A DNA stretch of 64,000 nt from an uncultured Chloroflexia bacterium (GTDB lineage Bacteria > Chloroflexota > Limnocylindria > Limnocylindrales > CSP1-4), in contig CAWGEL010000026.1 of assembly GCA_963821595.1 (NCBI GenBank), positions 24,134 through 88,133 on the forward strand, read 5' to 3'. Under the pieces are notes generated by a model. The model was given only the letters and a program-made list of their open reading frames with translations. It was not told where the DNA came from and ran no database searches. Of this stretch, positions 54,836 to 64,000 are shown in pieces. Positions within the stretch are counted from its first letter, which is position 1, and the number at the start of each line of letters is the position of its first letter. The translations under genes and the position numbers were made by a program.

Positions 54836-55563
54836 GGCTGGTCCCCTTCGAAGAGCTGGCGGGCGAAGGCGAGGAGTCGCTCCAGGCGGCGGACGTCGCC
54901 CGGCGTGAGGGGTCGGCGGACATGGATCTCGACGTCGGGGCCGAAGGCAATCCGCTCCCATTGCGAGCGGAGTGGCCCGGCGGAGGTGGTGGCCCCCGAA
55001 TGGACAGGGTCGGCGGCCGGACGCGCGGCAACGGATGCCACCTCCTCCGCGAGGGCATGGAACGGCGGCGCGGCGGCCGGCGGCGGCGCGGCGGCCGGCG
55101 GCGGCGCGGCCGGCGGTGGCGCGGCCGGCGGTGGCGCGGCCGGCGCGTCCGCGGCGGCGTGGGACGCGACCTTGCGCGGGGAGGCCGCACCGATCGTCGA
55201 CATGGTCATGGCCGCGAGGCTCGCCGGCATCACGCTCTGGCCCGGCGTTCCGCGCAACAGGTCCCGGACGTACTGGATCGCCGTCGACGGCGGGCCCACC
55301 TCGGCCTCGACGTCCCCCACCAGCCGGGCGACGTCGTCATCGCCCAGGCCCGCCAGGCTTGCCCGGATCGCCGCGAGCGGCTGATGGTCGCGCTGGAGGC
55401 GGCGGATGAGTCGCAGGCGTGCGAGGTGGGCCTCACCGTATCGAGCACCCGGCCCGACCTGGCCCGGCGAGGGCAGGAGCCCCTGGGCGATGTAGTACCG
55501 GATGGTACGCGGCGTGACGCCGGCCAGTTGCGCCAGGTCGACGAGAGTGTAGTCGGGCGACAT
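54832..55563 (-). CDS. MerR family transcriptional regulator with Pro/Ala-rich linker and C-terminal domain
   Basis: YTLVDLAQLAGVTPRTIRYYIAQGLLPSP is a MerR HTH. Start at the ATG at 55563. Confidence 0.85.
   Translation of the reverse strand: MSPDYTLVDLAQLAGVTPRTIRYYIAQGLLPSPGQVGPGARYGEAHLARLRLIRRLQRDHQPLAAIRASLAGLGDDDVARLVGDVEAEVGPPSTAIQYVRDLLRGTPGQSVMPASLAAMTMSTIGAASPRKVASHAAADAPAAPPPAAPPPAAPPPAAAPPPAAAPPFHALAEEVASVAARPAADPVHSGATTSAGPLRSQWERIAFGPDVEIHVRRPLTPGDVRRLERLLAFARQLFEGDQP
55064..55144. repeat. 18-bp x2 plus 15-bp x3 in-frame tandem repeats in the MerR linker
   Basis: GGCGGCGCGGCGGCCGGC x2, then GGCGGCGCGGCCGGC / GGTGGCGCGGCCGGC x2. They encode PAAPPPAAPPPAAPPPAAAPPPAAAPP. Confidence 0.85.
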
Positions 55564-55569
55564 GGCTTC

Positions 55570-55598
55570 ATTATGACAGTGCAACGTTGCACTGTCTA
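55570..55598 (-). promoter_or_regulatory. candidate merR promoter with embedded perfect 22-bp palindrome (operator)
   Basis: The minus strand reads TAGACA-N17-CATAAT-N6-ATG. GACAGTGCAACGTTGCACTGTC (55575-55596) is its own reverse complement and fills the spacer. Confidence 0.6.
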
Positions 55599-55781
55599 GA
55601 CGCTCGGCGGACGCTCGCTGGCGCGGCACTGCGGCGGCGGCCGGTCCGGGCCGATTCCAGCGGCTACACTCGTCGGTGTCGTCCCCGGCTGCCACCCCGG
55701 GGGGCCGCCTGTCAGGAGCAACGGCGCGGAGCGCGAGGCCGGGTACCTCCGCCCACCAGACGAAACCGTGAGCGCTGGCGC

Positions 55782-55979
55782 GTGCCCCTTGAAACCATCC
55801 TCCTCCTGGCCGCCCCGGTCATCGTCATCCAGCTCGTCCTCATGATCTGGGCGCTGGTGGACCTGGAACGGCGGCAGACGGTCCGCGGCGGCAACAAGAT
55901 CGTGTGGGCCCTGATCGTCGTCTTCGTCAACATCATCGGTCCCATCCTCTACTTCCTCGTCGGGCGGGAAGAGGCATGA
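55782..55979 (+). CDS. PLDc_N-like small membrane protein
   Basis: ILLLAAPVIVIQLVLMIWALVDLERRQTVRGGNKIVWALIVVFVNIIGPILYFLVGR is the typical PLD-nuclease N-terminal-domain pattern. The stop overlaps the ABC ATPase ATG (ATGA). Confidence 0.7.
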   Translation: MPLETILLLAAPVIVIQLVLMIWALVDLERRQTVRGGNKIVWALIVVFVNIIGPILYFLVGREEA

Positions 55980-56992
55980 CCGCCATCGCCCCCGAGCCGA
56001 TGATCCGGGCGCGCGGCCTGACCAAGCGCTTCGGAACAGTGGTCGCCCTGGACCGGCTTGACCTCGACGTTCCCGCCGGCTCGATCTTCGGCCTGCTCGG
56101 ACCGAACGGTGCCGGCAAGACCACCACGCTGCGCATCCTCGCGGGCCTGGCCCGGCCGACGTCCGGAACGGCGAGCGTCGCTGGCGTGCCGGTCGGCCTC
56201 GACCATGCCGACCTCCGCCGGCGGATCGGCTATCTCGACCAGGATCCTCGCTACTACGGCTGGATGCGTGGGCGGGAGCTCCTCGAGCTCGTCGGTCGCC
56301 TCCACGGCCTGTCCGGCGTCGCGCTCCGCGATCGCGTGCGGGCCAGCCTGGAGCGGGCCGGGCTCGCAGGCGCCGCCGAGCGCCGCATCGGCGGGTACTC
56401 GGGCGGGATGCGCCAGCGACTCGGCGTCGCCCAGGCCCTGCTGCACGAGCCCGAGCTGGTGATCCTCGACGAGCCCGTCAGCTCCCTCGACCCGGAGGGC
56501 CGCCGCGACGTGCTGGACCTCGTTCGTGATCTGCGCGGCGAGGCGACGGTCGTCTTCTCGACGCACGTCCTCACCGACGTCGAGCGCACCTGCGACCGCG
56601 TCGGCATCCTGGACCGCGGCCGCCTCGTCACGGAGGCGCCGCTCGAGGAGTTGCTGGCGACCCACGCGCCGCCCGCCTACCGGATCGAGCCGGAACCCGG
56701 CCAGGACGCGGCCGTCGCCTCGCTGGCGGACCGGCTGCGGGGCGAGGCGTGGACGGTCGACGTCACGGTGGGTGACGACGGAATGCGGATCCGGGTCCGC
56801 GACCAGGCGGTTGCGGCCCGCGAGATCCTGCCGGCAGTCGCCGCAGCGGGTGTCGCCCTGGTTGCCTTCGAGCGCATCCGGCCGACCCTCGAGGACGTCT
56901 TCCTCGAGCTCGTGGGGCCGGCGCCGGCGGCGGACCTCGACGGGCGGGGCTTCGTCGGTCCTCGACGGGAAGGCGCGGAGGTGGGCCGATGA
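55976..56992 (+). CDS. ABC transporter ATP-binding protein
   Basis: Walker [13 protein letters not shown], signature YSGGMRQRL, Walker B LVILDEP. Confidence 0.9.
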   Translation: MTAIAPEPMIRARGLTKRFGTVVALDRLDLDVPAGSIFGLLGPNGAGKTTTLRILAGLARPTSGTASVAGVPVGLDHADLRRRIGYLDQDPRYYGWMRGRELLELVGRLHGLSGVALRDRVRASLERAGLAGAAERRIGGYSGGMRQRLGVAQALLHEPELVILDEPVSSLDPEGRRDVLDLVRDLRGEATVVFSTHVLTDVERTCDRVGILDRGRLVTEAPLEELLATHAPPAYRIEPEPGQDAAVASLADRLRGEAWTVDVTVGDDGMRIRVRDQAVAAREILPAVAAAGVALVAFERIRPTLEDVFLELVGPAPAADLDGRGFVGPRREGAEVGR

Positions 56993-57750
56993 CCGGCTTC
57001 GGCGCCCTGCTCCGCAAGGAGCTCCTGGAGCAGTGGCGGACGCTGCGACTCCCGCTGGTCGCGATCGTCTTCGTCCTCGTCGGGCTGCTCTCCCCGCTGA
57101 TCGCCCGCTACACGCCGGAGATCATCGAAGCCTTCGGCGGCAGCCAGTTCGTGATCCAGATCCCGACGCCCACGGCCGGCGACGCCGTCGACCAGCTGCT
57201 CAAGAACCTCGGCCAGTTCGGCGCGCTCACGGCGATCCTGCTGGCGATGGGTTCCGTTGCCGCCGAGAAGGAGCGCGGCACGGCGGCCATGATCCTGTCC
57301 AAGCCCGCTTCCCGGGGCGCGTTCCTCGGGGCGAAGCTGGTTGCCATCGCGACGACGCTCGGGGTCGCCACCGTTGCGTCCTGCGCGGCCGCCTGGTTCT
57401 ACACCGCGATCCTGTTCGAGACCCTTCCCGTGCCGGGCTTCCTGGCGGCGACGGCGCTCGAATGGCTCGCCCTGGTGGCCTTCGCCGCGGTCACGTTCCT
57501 GGGCAGCACGCTGACGCGGTCGACCGTGGCCGCGGCGGGCTTCGGCATCGCTGCCTTCCTCGTACTCGGGATCCTCAGCGCGCTGCCGAACATCGGCAGG
57601 TACCTGCCGACCGGCCTGGGGCCGTCGGCGCGCGCGCTTGCCCTGGGGACGCCGGGCGCCGACGTCGTCGGTCCGGTCGTCGCCACGGTCGTCCTGGTCG
57701 CCGGGGTGGTCGCCGTGGCCTGGCTCTCCTTCCGCAGGCAGGAGCTCTAG
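56989..57750 (+). CDS. ABC-2 type transporter permease
   Basis: 253 aa with 6 TM segments. The N-terminus LLRKELLEQWRTLRL is typical for ABC-2 permeases. ATGA overlap with the ATPase gene. Confidence 0.8.
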   Translation: MTGFGALLRKELLEQWRTLRLPLVAIVFVLVGLLSPLIARYTPEIIEAFGGSQFVIQIPTPTAGDAVDQLLKNLGQFGALTAILLAMGSVAAEKERGTAAMILSKPASRGAFLGAKLVAIATTLGVATVASCAAAWFYTAILFETLPVPGFLAATALEWLALVAFAAVTFLGSTLTRSTVAAAGFGIAAFLVLGILSALPNIGRYLPTGLGPSARALALGTPGADVVGPVVATVVLVAGVVAVAWLSFRRQEL

Positions 57751-57890
57751 ACCGGGCGGTTGAACGGCGCCGGGCGGGGGCGGCGCGCGGAACGGCGGCG
57801 CCGAATCGACGGACCGTGGAAGGGCGCACGCCGGTCGATCGAAGGCCGATCGGCCCTTTCAGCGGCGCGGGCGGGCGTCATCATCGCCGC

Positions 57891-58862
57891 ATGACCGAGC
57901 AGCCGGGGAGCGGAGGCCCGCTGCCTGATGACGCACCCGTTGGGCGCGGACCGGCCGGGCGCACGCCCGAAGCGGACGCCGCAGCTCCCGACGCGCGCTC
58001 CTACACCGAGCGGTACCGGGGCACGCCGTTCGAGACGCGGGACCTCGACCCGCTGGCGATCGCTGCAAGCGCCGGGCGGCCCGTGGGCAGGGCGACCCGG
58101 CTCCTGTACTGGGTCGGCGCGCTGCTCGTCATCGCGGCCCTGGCCGGCGGGGCCGCCTTCGGCGTCAGCCTCCTGGGCCGCGGTTCGACCGGCGTCTACC
58201 TGGCCACGCTGTCGCCGCCCGGGCTCCGGCCGAGCCCGACGCCGACGCCCGGGATTCCCGACGATGCGACCGTGCTGGACCGGTTCGTCGCGCATCTCCG
58301 CTCCGGCAGCCGGTCGTACCGGGTCGCCGTCTGGTCCTCCGTGATCGGGGCGGGTCGCGACGCCACGATCCAGCTCACCGGCAGCGTCTCCGGGTCGCGC
58401 TGGTCGGGCCGGGCGACGGTGACCCCGGCCTCCCGGCCGGCGCGGACGGGCCAGCTCGTGATGATCGACGGCAAGTGGTGGTATCGAGTGGGCAGCGCCG
58501 GCTGGCGATCGGGCCTCCTGCCGTTCGACGACGTCCCGGAGGTGGACCCGTTCGCCGTCATCGCCGGCCTCGGCGACCTCGTGTACCTGGGACCGGCCTT
58601 CCACGACGGCCGCTGGACGTACCACCTCGCGACGCGGCAGGGCTGGATCTCGCTGTCGACGGCGATCGCCGGCTGGCGGCCGGGATGGCAGTTCGATCGT
58701 GCCCGGATGGACATCTGGGTCGCGAGCGATGGCAGCCCGATCGAGGCCGTCTACGCCGCCGAGATCGGCATCACGAACACGGCCGTGCGGCACTCGTTCA
58801 CGACCGAGTCGACGTACTGGCTCTCGCACGTCGGCGAGAAGGTCACGATCACGGCTCCCTGA
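57891..58862 (+). CDS. membrane-anchored hypothetical protein
   Basis: Read from the ATG at 57891 within ORF 56526-58862. A single TM (LLYWVGALLVIAALAGGAAFGV) is followed by a ~230-aa Trp-rich extracytoplasmic domain. No family recognised. Confidence 0.55.
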   Translation: MTEQPGSGGPLPDDAPVGRGPAGRTPEADAAAPDARSYTERYRGTPFETRDLDPLAIAASAGRPVGRATRLLYWVGALLVIAALAGGAAFGVSLLGRGSTGVYLATLSPPGLRPSPTPTPGIPDDATVLDRFVAHLRSGSRSYRVAVWSSVIGAGRDATIQLTGSVSGSRWSGRATVTPASRPARTGQLVMIDGKWWYRVGSAGWRSGLLPFDDVPEVDPFAVIAGLGDLVYLGPAFHDGRWTYHLATRQGWISLSTAIAGWRPGWQFDRARMDIWVASDGSPIEAVYAAEIGITNTAVRHSFTTESTYWLSHVGEKVTITAP

Positions 58863-59034
58863 GCGCCGCCCGCGTCCTCCTGCGTTCGCCCCTGCCGCCC
58901 GAACCGGAGGGCGCCCGTTCAGCGCCGAACCCGTGAACCCGGCGCCCGCTCCGAGGTGACGTCGCCGCCCGCGAGTCCGCCCGCCCGCCCCCGAGTCCGC
59001 GGCGGCCGCGCGCATCGACCACGTGGGCGGGCGA

Positions 59035-60009
59035 TCAGGTCCCCGCTTCGAACGCCTCCACCTCGGCCCGTGTGGGCATGCCGCTGCGGGCGCCCGCGCG
59101 CGTGGTGGAGATGCCGGCCGCGACGACCGCGCGGCGTGCCGCGTCCGCCAGGGCGAGCCCGGACGCAAGGCTCGCCGCGAGCACGCCGCTGAACGTGTCC
59201 CCTGCCCCGGTCGCGTCGACGGGTCTCACGCCAGCCGGAGCGAGCGCTACCGCGTCACTTCGCGCCGGCACCAGCAGCGCTCCGGCGGCGCCCAGCGTCA
59301 CGACGGCTGCCCGGGTGCCGCCGGGTCCGCCCAGCACACGGCGCGCGAGCATCTCCAGGCCCCGGGTCGTGCCAATGGCGTCTCCGGCCCCAGCCGCCGG
59401 GCCGCGGGCGTCGACGTCGGTGAACCCGGCGATCAGGGCGAGCTCGGACCGGTTGGGCGTGACGACGTCGGCCAGGGCCAGCGTCGCGGCGTCGAGACCG
59501 TCCGCCGGAGCCGGATTCAGGATCGTCGTCGCGCCCGCCTTCCGCCCTCCCTCGAGGGCGGCGCGCACGGCCGCCGTGGGGATCTCGGCCACCGTCAGGA
59601 TCACATCGGCGGGACCCGGCGCGAAGCGGGCCAGCGCTGCCCGGACCGAGGCCACGTCCACGCCCGCGTTAGCCCCCGGAGCCACGGCGATGAGGTTCTC
59701 GCCGTCGCCGTCGACCACGATGAGCGCCACGCCCGTGGGCCGGTCGAGCCGCGTCAGGCAGGTGGTGGCGACTCCGTCCGCCGCCAGCGCATCGGCGGCC
59801 GCCCTGCCCAGGTCGTCGGACCCGACCGCGCCGACGAATTCGACGGGCGCTCCCATCCGCGCGGCGGCCACGGCCTGGTTGCCGCCCTTGCCGCCGTGGT
59901 GGCGGGCGATGTCCCCGCCGATCACGGTCTCGCCGGGCCGCGGCAGGCGATCCGTCACGACCACGAAGTCGACGTTGACGGAACCGACGACGATGACCCG
60001 ACCCGTCAT
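59035..60009 (-). CDS. rbsK: ribokinase (PfkB family)
   Basis: VIVVGSVNVDFVVVTDRLPRPGETVIGGDIARHHGGKGGNQAVAAARMGA and DATGAGDTFSG motifs. Start at the ATG at 60009. Confidence 0.85.
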   Translation of the reverse strand: MTGRVIVVGSVNVDFVVVTDRLPRPGETVIGGDIARHHGGKGGNQAVAAARMGAPVEFVGAVGSDDLGRAAADALAADGVATTCLTRLDRPTGVALIVVDGDGENLIAVAPGANAGVDVASVRAALARFAPGPADVILTVAEIPTAAVRAALEGGRKAGATTILNPAPADGLDAATLALADVVTPNRSELALIAGFTDVDARGPAAGAGDAIGTTRGLEMLARRVLGGPGGTRAAVVTLGAAGALLVPARSDAVALAPAGVRPVDATGAGDTFSGVLAASLASGLALADAARRAVVAAGISTTRAGARSGMPTRAEVEAFEAGT

Positions 60010-60020
60010 GCCGGCATTCT

Positions 60021-60083
60021 GCGCGGTCGTGGCGGGCCGGCGCGCGGTCGTGGCGGGCCGGCGCCGCCGTCGTGGCGGGCCGG
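60021..60083. repeat. 21-bp tandem repeat x3 (third degenerate) just upstream of the ribokinase start
   Basis: GCGCGGTCGTGGCGGGCCGGC x2, then GCCGCCGTCGTGGCGGGCCGG. Confidence 0.85.
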
Positions 60084-60169
60084 CCGGGCCACGCGACCCC
60101 CCTGAACGGGGAATACCGACCGAGCGCCGCCCACTGGACCATTGGGCCGTGGAGTCGTCCGCGCCAACC

Positions 60170-61720
<1,551 letters not shown>

Positions 61721-61783
61721 CCATGGCCCCGCCGCCCGGGCGTGCCGCGGGCGAGCGACCGTCGGCCGCGGTACAGTCCCGCC

Positions 61784-62368
61784 ATGCCCCGTCGAATCTA
61801 CGACTTCAACGAGCCCGATCGATTCATGGCCGGAACTGTCGGCGAGCCAGGCCAGCGCACGTTCTACCTCCAGGCAAGGAAGGGCTCGGCTGTCGTGTCG
61901 GTCGCGCTCGAGAAGGTCCAGGTCGTGGTCCTGGCCCAGCGCATCGCCGAGCTGCTCGCCGAGATGGGCCGGCGCGGCGTCGCCCTGCCCCCCGGGACGC
62001 CGGCAGGCGACGAGGACACAGCGGCCCTGTCCGAGCCGGTCGTCGAATCGTTCCGGGTCGGCACGATGACGCTGGCCTGGGACGGCGACGCCGACGAGGT
62101 CATCCTCGAGGCACGGGCGGAGGTCGAGGAGGACGAGGACCAGGAAACCGAAGCCTCGGCGGACGACGAAGAGCCGGACGTGATCGACGACCTCGACCCG
62201 GACGGGCCGGACCTCGTCAGGGTCCGTCTTTCGCCCGGCCGGGCGCGAACCTTCGCCGAGCGGGCCCTGGAGGTGGCGGCGGCCGGCCGCCCGCCATGCC
62301 CGCTGTGCGGCCGGCCCCTCGATCCCGGCGGCCACGTCTGCCCGCGGAGGAACGGCTACGTCCACTGA
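61784..62368 (+). CDS. DUF3090 domain-containing protein
   Basis: MPRRIYDFNEPDRFMAGTVGEPGQRTFYLQARKG... and the C-terminal CPLCGRPLDPGGHVCPRRNGY are the family hallmarks. Confidence 0.85.
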   Translation: MPRRIYDFNEPDRFMAGTVGEPGQRTFYLQARKGSAVVSVALEKVQVVVLAQRIAELLAEMGRRGVALPPGTPAGDEDTAALSEPVVESFRVGTMTLAWDGDADEVILEARAEVEEDEDQETEASADDEEPDVIDDLDPDGPDLVRVRLSPGRARTFAERALEVAAAGRPPCPLCGRPLDPGGHVCPRRNGYVH

Positions 62369-62621
62369 CCCTCTGCGGGAGGGCGGGTCGTCCAGCGGCG
62401 AGGACGATGCCGACGAGCGAACCCGGCCGCGGTCGGAGTCGGGCCGTGAGCGCCGGCGCGCCCGGCTGGCGCGAACAGGTCCGCGGGCCGACGACGCGGC
62501 CCCGGGCCGCTCGGCCGACACGAGACCGTCAGCCGGAGCGGAGCCGGCGTCATCCCTTCCCCCGTCCGTCGACCTCCCGCCGCCGCTGGCGATCCCCTTC
62601 CTGGCCCACGGAGCGCTCCAC

Positions 62622-63308
62622 GTGGCCGGACGCCTCGTCCAGGCCTCCAACACGACGCTGCTCGTGGGGGTGACCGCCGACGTTCCGGATCGCGGCCGGG
62701 TGACGGCGGCCGCCGTGTACAAGCCGGTTCGCGGCGAGCGGCCACTGTGGGACTTCCCCGACGGCACGCTGGCCGCCCGCGAGGTCGCCGCCCACGAGGT
62801 GTCGGCAGCGAGTGGCTGGGAGGTCGTCCCGCCCTCGGTGCTTCGCCAGGACGGCCCGGTGGGACCTGGCTTGCTCCAGCTGTGGGTCGAGACGCGCAGT
62901 GACGTCGACATCCTCGACCTGCTCCGGGCATCGGACCCTCGCCTGCGCCGGATCGCCCTGTTCGATGCGGTCGTGAACAACGCCGATCGCAAGGCGGGCC
63001 ACCTGCTGGTCCGGCCCGATGGCCTGATCCAGGGTTGCGACCACGGCGTCACCTTCAACGTCGAGCCCCGGCTGAGGACCGTCCTCTGGAACTGGCGAGG
63101 CACGAAGATCGCGCCGCGCGAGCTGACCGAGCTGGTCGCGCTGCGGCAGCAGCTGGAGCCGGGCGGCCGGCTGGACGCCACGCTGAGGACGCTCCTCGAC
63201 CCGGAGGAGGTCCAGCTTGCCCGCGAGCGCCTCGACGGACTCCTCTCGAGCGGGCTCTTCCCGCAGCCCCACCCCGACTGGCCCGCCGTTCCCTGGCCCT
63301 GGTACTGA
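62622..63308 (+). CDS. SCO1664 family protein (PI3/4-kinase-like fold); true start probably upstream
   Basis: ASNTTLLVGV...VYKPVRGERPLWDFPDGTLAAREVAAHEVS...NNADRKAGHLL...DHGVTF. The in-frame upstream sequence FLAHGALHV also looks like family N-terminus, but no ATG/GTG/TTG precedes it. Confidence 0.8.
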   Translation: MAGRLVQASNTTLLVGVTADVPDRGRVTAAAVYKPVRGERPLWDFPDGTLAAREVAAHEVSAASGWEVVPPSVLRQDGPVGPGLLQLWVETRSDVDILDLLRASDPRLRRIALFDAVVNNADRKAGHLLVRPDGLIQGCDHGVTFNVEPRLRTVLWNWRGTKIAPRELTELVALRQQLEPGGRLDATLRTLLDPEEVQLARERLDGLLSSGLFPQPHPDWPAVPWPWY

Positions 63309-63376
63309 CGGATCTTCCGGGCGTGGCGGCGACGCGCGGCCGGCGCGCCCTGGTCGGGAGCCGCGGCTTCGCCCGG

Positions 63377-64000
63377 TCAGGCGGGCGATCGGGACGTGCC
63401 CGTCGCGACGGGCCCCTCCAGCTCGCGGTCGGCCTCCGCCAGGATCTCCTCGATGACCGTGACGACGGCGTCCGGCAAGGGGTCGACCGGGGGAGCCGCC
63501 AGGATCTGGCGCACACGCTCGCGGGCGCGCTCGTACATCGTCGGACGGCCGGCGGCCTGCCAGGCGTCGAAGGGCCGGTGCTCGATCAGGTCCGGCCGCA
63601 GGAACTCGCCGCTCCGGATCGCGTCCCGCGTGCTCCGGCAGGCCAGGAAGTTGCCCCCAGGACCCACGTCCGTCATGTCCGCCGACCGCTCGGCGCCGGC
63701 GTCGGTGGCGACGCCCTGGGCGAGCCGCTCGCACTGGCGCGCGAGCTCGTTGTCGACGAGGATCTGCTCGAGCGCGAGGGCCTGGGCGCCCTCGACCTCG
63801 CCGAAGCCGACGATGATGTCGCTGCCCGCCAGGACCGGCGGCAGCATGGTGATGAGCTTCTCGATCACCGCCTCCGGGCCGGGCTGGTGCGCGTCCGACG
63901 TGCACCCGGCCGAGGTGGTCGGGAGGCCATACGACTTGCCAAGGCCGGTGAGCGCGGCGGCCATCAGGCCCATCTCCGGCGTGCCGCCGAGGTAGGCGCC
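63377..64000 (-). CDS. trimethylamine methyltransferase (MttB) family protein, C-terminal part (5' end outside window)
   Basis: GLGKSYGLPTTSAGCTSDAHQPGPEAVIEKL...GPGGNFLACRSTRDAIRSGEF is the MttB-family C-terminal region. The frame remains open to the window edge. Confidence 0.8.
   Translation of the reverse strand, partial: GAYLGGTPEMGLMAAALTGLGKSYGLPTTSAGCTSDAHQPGPEAVIEKLITMLPPVLAGSDIIVGFGEVEGAQALALEQILVDNELARQCERLAQGVATDAGAERSADMTDVGPGGNFLACRSTRDAIRSGEFLRPDLIEHRPFDAWQAAGRPTMYERARERVRQILAAPPVDPLPDAVVTVIEEILAEADRELEGPVATGTSRSPA

Overview
This is a very GC-rich, gene-dense bacterial chromosomal segment. Gene content suggests an Actinomycetota-like organism (inference only): a SARP/BTAD regulator, a DUF3090 + SCO1664-family pair, a TM0106-type RecB-like nuclease/helicase, a CGNR zinc-finger protein, and many TetR/MarR/MerR regulators. 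About 60 protein-coding genes can be supported by reading the translations. They include transporters (MFS x2 plus one remnant, NiCoT, MgtA, ABC-2), regulators (Crp/Fnr, atypical OmpR-type response regulator, ECF sigma, SARP, TetR x2, MarR x2, MerR, hybrid histidine kinase), a cluster of small stress-type membrane proteins at 5.0-9.0 kb, a PspC/LiaF-like envelope-stress pair, a fused PreT-PreA dihydropyrimidine dehydrogenase, ribokinase and a partial MttB-family methyltransferase. I recognised no rRNA, tRNA, CRISPR array, transposase or integrase. Most long ORFs in the track that lie antisense to or overlap these genes are Arg/Pro/Gly/Asp-rich shadow ORFs typical of high-GC DNA and were not called. 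Main second-look items: (1) an 18-nt composite palindromic element (GTCATGAC-N5-GTCAT) found in the same relative orientation 103-145 nt upstream of four stress-type genes; (2) two different tandem-repeat arrays (31 bp x4 and 30 bp x5-6) in the divergent intergenic region between the nuclease/helicase gene and a membrane glycosyltransferase-like gene; (3) a MerR-VWA gene pair whose promoter carries a perfect 22-bp palindrome; (4) a SARP - ECF sigma - giant DUF2339 membrane protein - Cys-free ArsC-like cluster with no recognisable anti-sigma factor; (5) broken reading frames in at least six otherwise recognisable genes, either assembly indels or real gene decay; (6) many short tandem duplications, including in-frame 15-bp repeats in five unrelated genes. 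All family assignments come from motif recognition by eye; no database search was run.
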